From contig JBMTJI010000006.1 in the NCBI GenBank assembly GCA_049438185.1, positions 10,859 to 74,858 on the forward strand: a stretch of 64,000 nucleotides of DNA, in the 5' to 3' direction. The stretch comes from Candidatus Poseidoniaceae archaeon (GTDB lineage Archaea; Thermoplasmatota; Poseidoniia; Poseidoniales; Poseidoniaceae). A program made the translations under genes and the position numbers. Below the pieces are notes generated by a model. It was not told the origin of the DNA. It saw only the letters and a list, made by a program, of their open reading frames with translations, and did not search any database. Positions 18,453 to 28,248 of this stretch are shown in pieces (position 1 is the first letter of the stretch; each line of letters begins with the position of its first letter).

Positions 18453-19268
18453 ATGGTGAGGCGCATTATCATCAAATTTGGAGGTGCGCTCATCACCAAA
18501 AAAAATGAAGAATGCGTCGCAAACATCGAAATCATTCGGAATCTATGCTCCACCGTCCACTCCATAACCGAGCAAGGCGTTCACGTCATTATTGTGCATG
18601 GTGCGGGTTCGTTTGGCCACTTGAAGGCAAAACGATGGCGTCTTCATGAAGGTCATTTGCCTGGATTTGTAGTAGAAAATGACGCATGTTCATCCCAAAC
18701 CGAAGCCGTTGAACATGTCCGAAAAGATATGTTGGAACTCAACTCAATCATCGTTTCGGAATTAGACCGTGTTGGGTTGCATACACAATCGCATCCACCT
18801 CATGAATGGGCAACAAATCTTGGTCCAACGTTCAACGGTTCACTTGAGAGGTTTTCATTATCAAAACCAAACCATGTGCACCTATCATTTGGTGATGTAG
18901 TGGATGTCGATGGAGAGGATCAATTTGGAATTCTTTCTGGCGATGATCTCGTAGCTAGGCTTTCACTCGAACTTCCAGGGATTGAATCGCTTATCTTCGC
19001 AATGGGTGGCGTCGATGGGCTACTCAAGGTACCACCTCACCTCGCAGATGAACATGATTTGATCGATCACTGGTCACCAGATATTGCGTATGAAGGGCTG
19101 CATCAATCAGACATCGATGTAACAGGAGGTATTGGCTTGAAAATCAATCGAGGTCATTTGGTGGCTCAATCAGGGGTCGGAGTCTATCTCATTAATGGAG
19201 AACATCCAACGAGAATTGCAGCTCTCGTTCGAGGCGATCCTTGGAGAGGTACGACGATTTTACCTTGA
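18453..19268 (+). CDS. ipk: Isopentenyl phosphate kinase
   Basis: Amino-acid-kinase fold: KFGGALIT.K, HGAGSFGH, GDVV, ILSGD and DVTGGI..K. Confidence 0.88.
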   Translation: MVRRIIIKFGGALITKKNEECVANIEIIRNLCSTVHSITEQGVHVIIVHGAGSFGHLKAKRWRLHEGHLPGFVVENDACSSQTEAVEHVRKDMLELNSIIVSELDRVGLHTQSHPPHEWATNLGPTFNGSLERFSLSKPNHVHLSFGDVVDVDGEDQFGILSGDDLVARLSLELPGIESLIFAMGGVDGLLKVPPHLADEHDLIDHWSPDIAYEGLHQSDIDVTGGIGLKINRGHLVAQSGVGVYLINGEHPTRIAALVRGDPWRGTTILP

Positions 19269-19278
19269 GGTGTGAATC

Positions 19279-19521
19279 GTGGAATTTGGATTGTATTCAC
19301 TCGGTATCGTTGTTGGTTTTGCAATTGTTCGGTGGGCTACTGAGAACACAACATTCCATCTACGAACAAATTCGATTTGGCTCCATCATTGGATCATTGC
19401 TCTCCTTGTGATGGTTCCAATGTTCTATTTTCAGATTGAATCTTCATTGCTTTGGGGTGGTATGACAGGAATGGCTCTTGAAGGTCTAGGCCGCAAGAAC
19501 TGGTCGATTCGACGTAAGTAG
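19279..19521 (+). CDS. Small membrane protein with LHHW motif
   Basis: About 3 hydrophobic segments; GAGGTG RBS before a GTG start; 10 nt after ipk. Confidence 0.6.
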   Translation: MEFGLYSLGIVVGFAIVRWATENTTFHLRTNSIWLHHWIIALLVMVPMFYFQIESSLLWGGMTGMALEGLGRKNWSIRRK

Positions 19522-19589
19522 GGTCAATTCCCTGTCGTTTGAGGCGAACTCTCTATGTAGCGCCTGCCGAGAGAAAGTTTGGGGCTCAT

Positions 19590-21344
19590 ATGACGAACTA
19601 TGCGAGCGGGGACGTTCCTGAGGCAGATATCGATTCCGATGCCACGGAATTTTTGGCTGCACAATCCTCTGATTCGACCCAAGCCAGCATGATGGCAGAA
19701 GCGGTTTTGCAAGTTGATGAGAACGATGTTGTTGTCGGACCAATGAGCAAAGCGGACAGCCACTTCCAATCTGGCTCGCTTCATCGTGCATTTAGTGTTC
19801 TGTTGTTCAATTCAGAAGGACGTTTGCTTCTGCAACAACGAGCACATGACAAGATTACATTCCCAAGCGTTTGGGCAAACTCGTGTTGCTCACATCCTCT
19901 TGCAAGTAAGGACGAAATGGATGAATTAAACGCTCGTGGGGTCAAGATTGCAGCCATTCGTAAACTCGAACAGGAACTTGGTATTTCACCCGATTCGGTT
20001 GACATCAACGATTTTCACTTCATTACGAAAATGCGTTATTCTGCCCGAATGAATGCGGATTGGATTGAACGTGAAATCGATCATATTTTGATGATACAAG
20101 CTGATGTCGACCTCAATCCAAATCCGAATGAGGTGGCCGCAATCAAGTGGGTGAATGCTGAAGAATTGGATGCGATGTTGGTCGATCTGGAAAGTGATGA
20201 AATCATCGCCCCTTGGTTCCGTTGCATTGCTGCACGCTTGATGAACGAGGAGTGGTGGGAAGCAATCGGCAATCAAACTGCTTGTGAGGCACTCCAAGAT
20301 GGATTGATTCATGATATGGGCGATGTAACACATATGTTACCCAATGCAGAAGGTGCTGACTTGCTTACGAGCATCAACGAAGTCAAACCGTTCATTGAAC
20401 AGCGTATCATTGAGAGTTTGACAGCATCACGACACGAACGTTTGGCTAATGCGATGATGCATTTGATTCATGGCGGAGGAAAGCGAATGCGGGCAACACT
20501 TCCATGGCTGGTTGGCCGTGCAGTAGGTGACACGCATTCTGGTCTACTCGATATTGGTGCGGCCATTGAAACAATCCACAACTTTACGCTGGTACATGAT
20601 GATATCATGGACGATGATGAGATTCGTCGTGGTAGAAACGCTGTGCATATCGAATACGATATGCCGACGGCCATCAACGCAGGAGATGCAATGCTTGCTA
20701 TTGCTTTTGAACGCTTGGTCATGTCAGCAAACATTGAACTTCAGGACATTCCATCGCTTGTCAATCGAATAGCATGGATGGTGCGACGCGTTTCTGAAGG
20801 ACAACAGTTGGACATTGAATTTGAAACAAGGGATCGTGTTTCAGAAGAAGAATACTTAGAGATGATTGAAGGAAAAACAGCAGTCATGTTCCAGATTTGT
20901 GCAGAACTTGGTGCACGGGTTGCAGGTGCTGATGAAGAAGTCGTCCAATGTCTCGCCGAATGGGGTCTCTCCGTCGGTCTTTGTTTCCAGTTGATGGACG
21001 ATCTCATTGATGTGCTCTCAGACTCAGCCACACTTGGTAAACCCACGGGTTCGGATGTTGCTCAAGGGAAGCAAACGCTGATGGTCATTCATGCACTTTC
21101 GCAACCAGATTCGGATACAAAATCACGTCTGCTTTCCGTACTCGGAACGTGTGAGGATGCAACAGAATCGATGATTCAAGATGGAATTGCTGCCCTCGAT
21201 GAACTCGGTTCAATCGCTTATGCTCGTGCAAAGGCCAACGAATATCATCAACGTGCACATGCTTGCTTAGACCGTTTACCGGATGGACCAGCAATGATGG
21301 CATTGCGGGAATTAACTGACCTTCAACTTAAGCGTCTGAGTTGA
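19590..21344 (+). CDS. Fused type-1 isopentenyl-diphosphate isomerase / geranylgeranyl diphosphate synthase
   Basis: IDI1 part: LHRAFSV..LLQQRA..KITFP..NSCCSHPL, EREIDH, PNE, PWF. Prenyltransferase part: GGKRMR, FTLVHDDIMD..RRG, GQQLD, KTA, FQLMDD. Confidence 0.93.
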   Translation: MTNYASGDVPEADIDSDATEFLAAQSSDSTQASMMAEAVLQVDENDVVVGPMSKADSHFQSGSLHRAFSVLLFNSEGRLLLQQRAHDKITFPSVWANSCCSHPLASKDEMDELNARGVKIAAIRKLEQELGISPDSVDINDFHFITKMRYSARMNADWIEREIDHILMIQADVDLNPNPNEVAAIKWVNAEELDAMLVDLESDEIIAPWFRCIAARLMNEEWWEAIGNQTACEALQDGLIHDMGDVTHMLPNAEGADLLTSINEVKPFIEQRIIESLTASRHERLANAMMHLIHGGGKRMRATLPWLVGRAVGDTHSGLLDIGAAIETIHNFTLVHDDIMDDDEIRRGRNAVHIEYDMPTAINAGDAMLAIAFERLVMSANIELQDIPSLVNRIAWMVRRVSEGQQLDIEFETRDRVSEEEYLEMIEGKTAVMFQICAELGARVAGADEEVVQCLAEWGLSVGLCFQLMDDLIDVLSDSATLGKPTGSDVAQGKQTLMVIHALSQPDSDTKSRLLSVLGTCEDATESMIQDGIAALDELGSIAYARAKANEYHQRAHACLDRLPDGPAMMALRELTDLQLKRLS

Positions 21345-21798
21345 TCCTTACTTGTTCTCCCTCTTGGATGATGCCTTCCACGAGAACTCGCGCATACCAA
21401 CGCGTCTGTCCAGGATACTTCTTATCAGAGAGTTGATTGAAATCACCACCTGTAAAAGAATCTTGAATGGTCTTGCATGGTGAAGCAGCCATCGTAATCT
21501 CGAGTTGTACGTTTTCAAATGAAATCTGAACACCTGGATAAAGTGCTTCCTGTGGGACGTTCAAAAGGAGATTTTCACCTGTTGAACCCCCAGTTATTGG
21601 ATGGCCAAGTGATTGCAAATATTCGATCGTTTCAGAACTGATCAAACATACTGCTTTTTCAGTGCCACCATGGTGTTTCGTATCACGAATAACCTCGTTT
21701 CGAATGCCAAGTGTTGTAACATCAAGAAACTCAACAGGTGGTTTGGGTACACCACCCTTCGTTGTAGCAAACAGGCCTGCAATGGATCCTGAAACCAT
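21328..21798 (-). CDS. MOSC domain protein
   Basis: GGVPK, HHGG.EKAV, GENL, PCK and YARVL.EG motifs. Confidence 0.85.
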   Translation of the reverse strand: MVSGSIAGLFATTKGGVPKPPVEFLDVTTLGIRNEVIRDTKHHGGTEKAVCLISSETIEYLQSLGHPITGGSTGENLLLNVPQEALYPGVQISFENVQLEITMAASPCKTIQDSFTGGDFNQLSDKKYPGQTRWYARVLVEGIIQEGEQVRINSDA

Positions 21799-21800
21799 GC

Positions 21801-24008
21801 TCAATCAGCATAATAGGATTCTGGGTTTGGCTCAGGCTTCAATCCCTTACGGGTTCGAATTTCACCGACAACCTTGTCAAAGAGTTGTGGTGGGAGCATT
21901 TCGAATCCAAGGTTCTCTGTGTTCCAAACAGCTCGTCCTTGCGATGCAGCACGGATGTCATTTGAGAAGCCAAAGGTCTCAGCAATTGGTAGGACACCAA
22001 CAACGGTTGTCACATCGCCTTCACTTGGCATGTCTTCGATAATTCCACGTCGGTTTGTGACCTCACGTGTGACTTGACCAAGCCAGTCGTTTGGAACGGA
22101 GACGAATGCCTTCTGCATTGGTTCAAGAAGAACCGTCTTCGCACGCATCATAGCACCCTTGATTCCGTTACGAACTGCAGGGATGGTTTGTGCAGGACCA
22201 CGGTGAATGGCGTCTTCGTGGAGTTTTGCGTCCGTCAATCGGACGAACATACCCTGAACAGGTTCATCAGCGATTGGACCCTTCTTACAGACTTCATTGA
22301 ACGCTTCAATAATCAATTCACGCGTTTCGTGGAGTCCTTGAATACCTTTTGTATCGTTGACGAGAACGTTGGTTCCATTGATGGCGTAGATCTTTCGCAT
22401 CAAATCCTTATCCATGCCAAGTTCCCCGAATTTGTTTCCAGTTTCCTTTGCATCACTGCTTCGAACAGGTCCATCGCCAAGATCACCGTTCCGTAGAGCG
22501 CTGACGACTTCAGCAGGAAGTGCTTCAATTTCAAAGAAGAAACGGTTGTGGCGGTTTGGAGACTTTCCTTCAAACGCATTTCCACGGTTGCTTCCTTGAA
22601 CACCTTCACGGTAGACAACGATTGGTGGGCTAACACTGACCTTGATGTTTTGTTCTTCTTCAATTCGGTACACTGTAATCTCAAGGTGAAGTTCTCCCAT
22701 ACCAGCGAGCAACGCTTCACCAGTTTCCTGGTTGGTTGTCACTTGAAGAGAAGCATCAGACTTTGCAAGAGAGCGTAGTGCGTCAATGAACTTTGGAAGA
22801 TCCTTCATGCTCTTTGGCTCGACAGCAACGGTAACGACCGGGTCAGAGTAGTGTCGAATGGCTTCGAATGGCGTGAAGTCTTTGTCACGAGAGAGCGTTA
22901 CACCAGCAGCAGCGCTTCGGATACCCGTGATTGCCGCAATGTTTCCAGCGACGACCTTTGGTACAGTGATTCGATCTCCACCAACCATCATGCTGACTTG
23001 TTGAACACGTTCTGGCTTTGCAGCACCGATGGCGAAGACGGATTCACCTTGAGAAATTGCACCGGAGTAAATACGTCCAACAGCAACTTCACCGGCGTGT
23101 GGATCCATCCAAATCTTGGTAATCATCATGGCGAGTTCTGCATCAGGGTCGCAGGCCATCATTGCCTTACCAATCGAGGAATCAAGGTCACCTGTCCAAA
23201 TGTTCGGAATACGATATGGTTGAGCTTCAACTGGGCTTGGCAGCTTCGTGACAGCCATGTCGAGGAGAACTTCGTGAACTGGTGCTTTTTGTGCCAGTTC
23301 CTTTTGTTTTTCATCGTTACAATACTGGAAGATGTCGGTCATGGTAACGCCAGATTTCTTCATGTATGGAATGGTGATTCCCCAGTTGTGGTATGCGCTA
23401 CCGAATGCAACTGTACCGTCCATAACACTGACTTGCCATTCTTTCTTGAATTCATCAGGAGCGAATTGCTTAATCAGTCTGTTGACCTTGGTAATGGTCT
23501 CTTGGAATCGGTTCATCATGTCTTCAGGGGTTACCTGAAGCTCGTTGATCAGTCGGTCGACTTTGTTGATGAAGAGAACAGGTTTCACCTTCTCCTTGAG
23601 TGCTTGTCGGACAACGGTCTCAGTTTGAGGCATTGGGCCTTCAACAGCACAGGCGAGAATGAAACAACCGTCAACAGCACGCATAGCACGAGTAACGTCA
23701 CCACCAAAGTCAACGTGACCAGGTGTGTCGATGAGATTGATGAGGTAATCTGTTCCTTCAACGGCGTGAACCATGGAAGCGGATGCGGCGTTGATGGTAA
23801 TTCCACGAGCAGATTCTTGCTCGTCAAAGTCGAGAACACGTGCTGCTCCAGCCAAATCACTGGACATCATACCGGCTCCAGCAATCAGGTTGTCAGAAAG
23901 AGTGGTTTTTCCGTGATCAATGTGCGCAGCAATGCACAGATTTCGAATCTGTGGAAGAACGTGCATAACTTCTGTAGCCTTTTTGATGTTGTCTTCTTTT
24001 CGTCCCAT
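21801..24008 (-). CDS. fusA: Translation elongation factor aEF-2
   Basis: AHIDHGKTT, RGITI, DTPGHVDF, NKVD and the diphthamide loop HEDAIHRGPAQ. Confidence 0.98.
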   Translation of the reverse strand: MGRKEDNIKKATEVMHVLPQIRNLCIAAHIDHGKTTLSDNLIAGAGMMSSDLAGAARVLDFDEQESARGITINAASASMVHAVEGTDYLINLIDTPGHVDFGGDVTRAMRAVDGCFILACAVEGPMPQTETVVRQALKEKVKPVLFINKVDRLINELQVTPEDMMNRFQETITKVNRLIKQFAPDEFKKEWQVSVMDGTVAFGSAYHNWGITIPYMKKSGVTMTDIFQYCNDEKQKELAQKAPVHEVLLDMAVTKLPSPVEAQPYRIPNIWTGDLDSSIGKAMMACDPDAELAMMITKIWMDPHAGEVAVGRIYSGAISQGESVFAIGAAKPERVQQVSMMVGGDRITVPKVVAGNIAAITGIRSAAAGVTLSRDKDFTPFEAIRHYSDPVVTVAVEPKSMKDLPKFIDALRSLAKSDASLQVTTNQETGEALLAGMGELHLEITVYRIEEEQNIKVSVSPPIVVYREGVQGSNRGNAFEGKSPNRHNRFFFEIEALPAEVVSALRNGDLGDGPVRSSDAKETGNKFGELGMDKDLMRKIYAINGTNVLVNDTKGIQGLHETRELIIEAFNEVCKKGPIADEPVQGMFVRLTDAKLHEDAIHRGPAQTIPAVRNGIKGAMMRAKTVLLEPMQKAFVSVPNDWLGQVTREVTNRRGIIEDMPSEGDVTTVVGVLPIAETFGFSNDIRAASQGRAVWNTENLGFEMLPPQLFDKVVGEIRTRKGLKPEPNPESYYAD

Positions 24009-24072
24009 GGTGTCCACCTGTCTGGTTCAATTCGCCCACTTGAATGGGGTTCTTAAGTGAGTCGCAAAAGTT

Positions 24073-24087
24073 CGACGAAATTCGTCG
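24073..24087 (-). terminator. Inverted repeat downstream of rps7 (possible terminator or processing hairpin)
   Basis: CGACGAA-A-TTCGTCG, followed on the minus strand by AACTTTTG. Confidence 0.35.
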
Positions 24088-24099
24088 CCGTATGCGGTT

Positions 24100-24705
24100 T
24101 CATCGAGCGGATGCTGCGATTCGCTCAACTTCTTCTTTCTTGGCGACAGCAAACGAAGTTGCATCGCCTTCAGATGCCTTGTTGAGCTCATTGACGATGC
24201 ATTGTTGAAGGGTTCGTTTCGACTTGTGCGTCCCTTGCTGAGCACCCTTTGCGAGATTCTTCAGTGCAACATCGAGTCGTCGAGATGGTGAGGAATCAAC
24301 GGCCTTTGGCTGAGAAACAGCACCGAACTTAATTCGTGTGATTTCTTCCATTGGAGCTGCATTGCAGATCGCATCAACGAAGATTTGGAGTGGATTCATC
24401 TTGCGTCGCTCAGCGAGAACATCGAGAGCATTTTCGAAGGCTTTCATGGCGGATTGTTTCTTGCCAGTGTAAGCTCCCGTTCGCATGAGTTTGTTGATGT
24501 AACGCTCGACGACACTGAGTTTGGACTTTCCAAACCACATGTTGGCGTGACGGCCACCAGTGTGTGGTACACCGACGGTTGTGAGGTTAACGTATGGTGC
24601 AAGACCAGGGTCATTGCAAACAACTTCAGCTGCATCCCACTTGCCAAAGACAAGTGTTCCGATTCCAGCGATAGGGCGTTCGTCGACTACTGCTTCTTCT
24701 GACAT
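24100..24705 (-). CDS. rps7: 30S ribosomal protein uS7
   Basis: LVFGKWD, PHTGGRH, NAAPMEE, AVDSSPSRRLD and KKEEVERIAASAR; start ATG 24705. Confidence 0.97.
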   Translation of the reverse strand: MSEEAVVDERPIAGIGTLVFGKWDAAEVVCNDPGLAPYVNLTTVGVPHTGGRHANMWFGKSKLSVVERYINKLMRTGAYTGKKQSAMKAFENALDVLAERRKMNPLQIFVDAICNAAPMEEITRIKFGAVSQPKAVDSSPSRRLDVALKNLAKGAQQGTHKSKRTLQQCIVNELNKASEGDATSFAVAKKEEVERIAASAR

Positions 24706-24715
24706 TACAAACACC

Positions 24716-25144
24716 TCAGCGGACTGGCTTCTCCTTGCGTCCTCGAACCATTTCGTCGAGGGACACGCCATTGACTTGAATGACCTTGTAACGGACTCCT
24801 GGAATATCTCCGTAGGAACGACCCATGCGTCCACCGATACCTTCGACCATGACTTCATCGTGTTCATCGATGAAGTTGATAGCACCGTCACCAGGTGCGA
24901 AAGCGGTCAATTTGTTACCGTTCTTGATGAGTGAAATTTTGACAGCCTTACGAATTCCTGAGTTCGGTTGCTTGGCTTCGATACCGACCTTCTCGACAAC
25001 GATACCCTTTGCTTGGGTGGAACCTGCGAGAGGATCGTGCTTGGCGCGAGACTTGAGCATGCGCTTCTTGTATCGTCGGTCAGACCAACGAAACTTTTGA
25101 CGGTCCTTGGCCATTTTTGCACCTGCAAAGAGTCCTCTACCCAT
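24716..25144 (-). CDS. rps12: 30S ribosomal protein uS12
   Basis: [14 protein letters not shown] and [18 protein letters not shown]. Confidence 0.98.
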   Translation of the reverse strand: MGRGLFAGAKMAKDRQKFRWSDRRYKKRMLKSRAKHDPLAGSTQAKGIVVEKVGIEAKQPNSGIRKAVKISLIKNGNKLTAFAPGDGAINFIDEHDEVMVEGIGGRMGRSYGDIPGVRYKVIQVNGVSLDEMVRGRKEKPVR

Positions 25145-25271
25145 GTTCAAACCTCATTCGAGCGTTTTGGCGACTTTGCTTTCATATATCAAGTCGCCGT
25201 TTAATCGAAGTAAGGATTCCACCGTCCGTAGGGAAGAATAACATCATAAACAAGTTGTTGTTAGTAAAAAC

Positions 25272-25502
25272 ATGATTCCACAAAATATCCGACCAATCGT
25301 GGCACTGCTGACCATGCTCCTTGGATTGTTGGTCATCGTCAATCATTGGATTGGGCTCGTTGAATCTGATGTGGACATTCTTACGGCGCACGCAGTTGGT
25401 CTGATCGGAGTGTTCTCCGGCATGAACATGATGGCTTCCAGTGCAGAGCCGATGGGCGAAGACCGTCCACGTTACCTCGAAGATACTCAGACAAAGTTCT
25501 GA
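25272..25502 (+). CDS. Small 2-TM membrane protein
   Basis: Two hydrophobic helices; ATCATAAA box ends 21 nt before the ATG; 12 nt gap to the UbiD gene. Confidence 0.55.
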   Translation: MIPQNIRPIVALLTMLLGLLVIVNHWIGLVESDVDILTAHAVGLIGVFSGMNMMASSAEPMGEDRPRYLEDTQTKF

Positions 25503-25514
25503 GGACGTGATATC

Positions 25515-26786
25515 TTGGCGTTTCGTGACCACCTCTCGCACGCTGAACGTATCGAAGATGAGACGAGTCTCATCCATGGAATTTGGGAGTTCAGCACGTC
25601 CCGCTCACACTCAAATTTATTGTTTGAGAACATCAAAGAAGTGCCTGGGCAACGAATTTCGGTAAACATGCTAACGCGCGATCGTCTTTGTGAAGCCATC
25701 GGAATTAAACCGGAAGTCTACATTGATACTTTGGCCTGGGCGATGAAGAATCCATCGACACCAGAACTCGTTTCACCTGCTGAATCGCCTGTTTTCGACC
25801 ATATGCAAGAAGAGGTCGATCTGCATTCCGTCGCAATTCCTTACCATTGGCCTCAAGACCGGGGTCGTTACATGTCTGCTAGCGTGATTATTGCAGAAGT
25901 CAATGGTCAACGAAACATGAGTTTCCACAGGCAATTCCTTCGTGACAAGAACCACCTTGTTGTGCGACTGGTACCTCGTCATTTGCGAACCATGGTCGAC
26001 CAGGCACGTGAACGTGGTGAGGAAGTCAATATTGCAATCGTTAACGCCCCCGATCCTGTTGTTTTGCTTGCTGGTGCAATGTCGTTTGATGAACCAATCG
26101 ATGAACTTACTATTGCTGCAGCATTGCATGAAAAACTCTACGACAAACCACTGCAATTGGTTGAGTTACCGAATGGTATCCAAGTTCCTGCTGATGCAGA
26201 ATATGCAATGTGGGGGCGCATTACGTTGGAGGACGACGATGAAGGTCCTTATGTGGACATCACGGGTACAGTCGATGATGTACGTCAAGAACCAGTGATT
26301 GAAGTCGATGGTGTCCTTCATCGTGAGCATCCTATCTTCCATGCGCTTATTCCAGGAGAAGCAGAACACAAGACGCTGATGGGATTGCCACGTTCGCCAA
26401 CCATCAAGGAAGCAGTTTCGCAGGTTGTTGACTGCATTGATGTTCACATGACTGAGGGTGGATGTGGCTGGCTTGCAGCAGTTGTGAAGATTCGAAAGTC
26501 ATCGGAAGAAGATGGACGGAAGGCCATCGAAGCCGCTCTTGCCGGGCACCGTTCGATGAAGATGGTCACGGTTGTTGATGAGGACATTGATATCAGCAAT
26601 CCTGTGCGGGTTGAATGGGCGATGGTCACTCGCTGGCAACCTGACCGAGATACGCATATTTTCCCACATCAGAAAGGATCCAGCCTTGATCCTTCACGGT
26701 ACGAAGACGGTCTCACTTCGAAGGTTGGATTTGATGCAACCATCCATCATTCAGATAACCCAGAAGGGTACATGAGCGTCCAGTAG
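25515..26786 (+). CDS. UbiD-family prFMN decarboxylase, probably anhydromevalonate phosphate decarboxylase
   Basis: RNMSFHR, EGPYVDITGTVD.VRQEPV, GGCGWL and GSSLDPS motifs; RBS plus TTG start. Confidence 0.85.
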   Translation: MAFRDHLSHAERIEDETSLIHGIWEFSTSRSHSNLLFENIKEVPGQRISVNMLTRDRLCEAIGIKPEVYIDTLAWAMKNPSTPELVSPAESPVFDHMQEEVDLHSVAIPYHWPQDRGRYMSASVIIAEVNGQRNMSFHRQFLRDKNHLVVRLVPRHLRTMVDQARERGEEVNIAIVNAPDPVVLLAGAMSFDEPIDELTIAAALHEKLYDKPLQLVELPNGIQVPADAEYAMWGRITLEDDDEGPYVDITGTVDDVRQEPVIEVDGVLHREHPIFHALIPGEAEHKTLMGLPRSPTIKEAVSQVVDCIDVHMTEGGCGWLAAVVKIRKSSEEDGRKAIEAALAGHRSMKMVTVVDEDIDISNPVRVEWAMVTRWQPDRDTHIFPHQKGSSLDPSRYEDGLTSKVGFDATIHHSDNPEGYMSVQ

Positions 26787-26788
26787 GG

Positions 26789-27823
26789 ATGGTCATGCGT
26801 CAATCTGCTCATGATGATTTGCAGCATCCAAGGAGAAATCTTGGCAATCGTTACCGCACGCAAGCACAAAAGTTTGTTCGACTTGCAAAAGCCGATCCTG
26901 AGCGAAAAGAATCCAACATGCAATGGGCTGAACAAAACGCTCGACAAGCTCTTTTGCACGATTTTACAGACGAACGAAATTGGCGTTGCTTAGCCGATAT
27001 CAAAGTGGGCTTGAAGGACAATGATGGCTTAGGCATCGTTTTAGAGGACGTTTTTACAGTTCTCGGGCGCGATACGGAACAATTTGAAAAATTGAAACAG
27101 TTGAATTACCTTGAATTTGGTTTGGAACTTCTTGAGGCAGCCTTTGCCCGTGATCCGCTTACAGCCGAAGCATGGTGGGATGCCCTTGTTGCCCGAGGCG
27201 GAGGGGATGAACAGAGCGATGCAGTCCTTTTGGAAATCGCTGATTTTGCAGACCGCTGCCGTGATTTGGATTTTCGAGACCAGCGTGCAAACATTGTCTA
27301 TGGTCGCCGAATTGAGCATTTGCGCTTGCAGGGATTTGAAGATCTGTTCATCGAATTGAGTCGGCATCTTCTTGCGCATCGACCCGTGAATCATGAACTA
27401 TGGATGCAACTGGGTCGTCTACATGAACGACGACGAGAGATTGATTCTGCTTGGTTATGCTACGACCATGTCCAAACACTGATGCCTCATTTATTGGTAC
27501 GTGACGAATTTTTGAATCGCTTAACAGAACGCATGGATGGTGGGGAGAAGACTCCTTGGAGCGGACCTAAACTCGAACATAGGACGGCTTTCCTTGAACA
27601 GATGGAACACCTCAACAAACGTGTGCGCCAAGAACTCCCTGAAAGCATTCCAGAACAACACCAAGATGAGGAAGTCCCAGAACTCAATCTCGACGAGAAG
27701 AAACTCATCGCACTGATTGAATCAGCAAATATTTCTGAAGCATTCTTCTTAGCACGACGCCTAGTAGCCTCCGGAGAATCTTGGGCTGAATCCTATCTCG
27801 AACAATGTCGTTCGCTCATGTAG
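26789..27823 (+). CDS. Hypothetical all-helical (TPR-like) protein
   Basis: ELWMQLGRLHE...AWLCY resembles a TPR unit; 2 nt after the UbiD gene. Confidence 0.6.
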   Translation: MVMRQSAHDDLQHPRRNLGNRYRTQAQKFVRLAKADPERKESNMQWAEQNARQALLHDFTDERNWRCLADIKVGLKDNDGLGIVLEDVFTVLGRDTEQFEKLKQLNYLEFGLELLEAAFARDPLTAEAWWDALVARGGGDEQSDAVLLEIADFADRCRDLDFRDQRANIVYGRRIEHLRLQGFEDLFIELSRHLLAHRPVNHELWMQLGRLHERRREIDSAWLCYDHVQTLMPHLLVRDEFLNRLTERMDGGEKTPWSGPKLEHRTAFLEQMEHLNKRVRQELPESIPEQHQDEEVPELNLDEKKLIALIESANISEAFFLARRLVASGESWAESYLEQCRSLM

Positions 27824-28248
27824 GTGTTCGTGTGGTTCCAACATTTGTGTTAGCGTATGTTGTTCCAAAGAGCAATCCGAAGTCGGTATTGCATTCAGGT
27901 TCAATCCTCATGGTCTACCATCCTGAACGGGGGTGGGAATTCCCAGGCGGTCATGTTGAACAAGGCGAACTTCCCGAACAAGCCCTGCATCGAGAATTGA
28001 TGGAAGAAGTCGGCGGTACTGGAACACTTCTTGCCTGGAACAAGACCTACTATCCGAAAGGTTGGGTCGGATTGGTTCAAATCAATGATGAGGATATGCC
28101 ATTCTCAGAACCAATGTGGCACGTCAACGATCAACATGTTTCCACCGTACAATGGTTCACAGATTTACCAGAATTCACGCATTGGGATGTGCAAGAAGTC
28201 ATTGACTTGAGCAACTGGATCAATTCTATAGAATCAGGGCATGAGTGA
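27805..28248 (+). CDS. Nudix hydrolase
   Basis: Nudix box GGHVEQGELPEQALHRELMEEVG. Confidence 0.88.
   Translation: MSFAHVGVRVVPTFVLAYVVPKSNPKSVLHSGSILMVYHPERGWEFPGGHVEQGELPEQALHRELMEEVGGTGTLLAWNKTYYPKGWVGLVQINDEDMPFSEPMWHVNDQHVSTVQWFTDLPEFTHWDVQEVIDLSNWINSIESGHE

Noticed and set aside
22851..24056. 401-aa ORF on the + strand
   Set aside because: Antisense shadow of EF-2 with no recognisable motifs. The same applies to 13079-13837 and 56044-56784.
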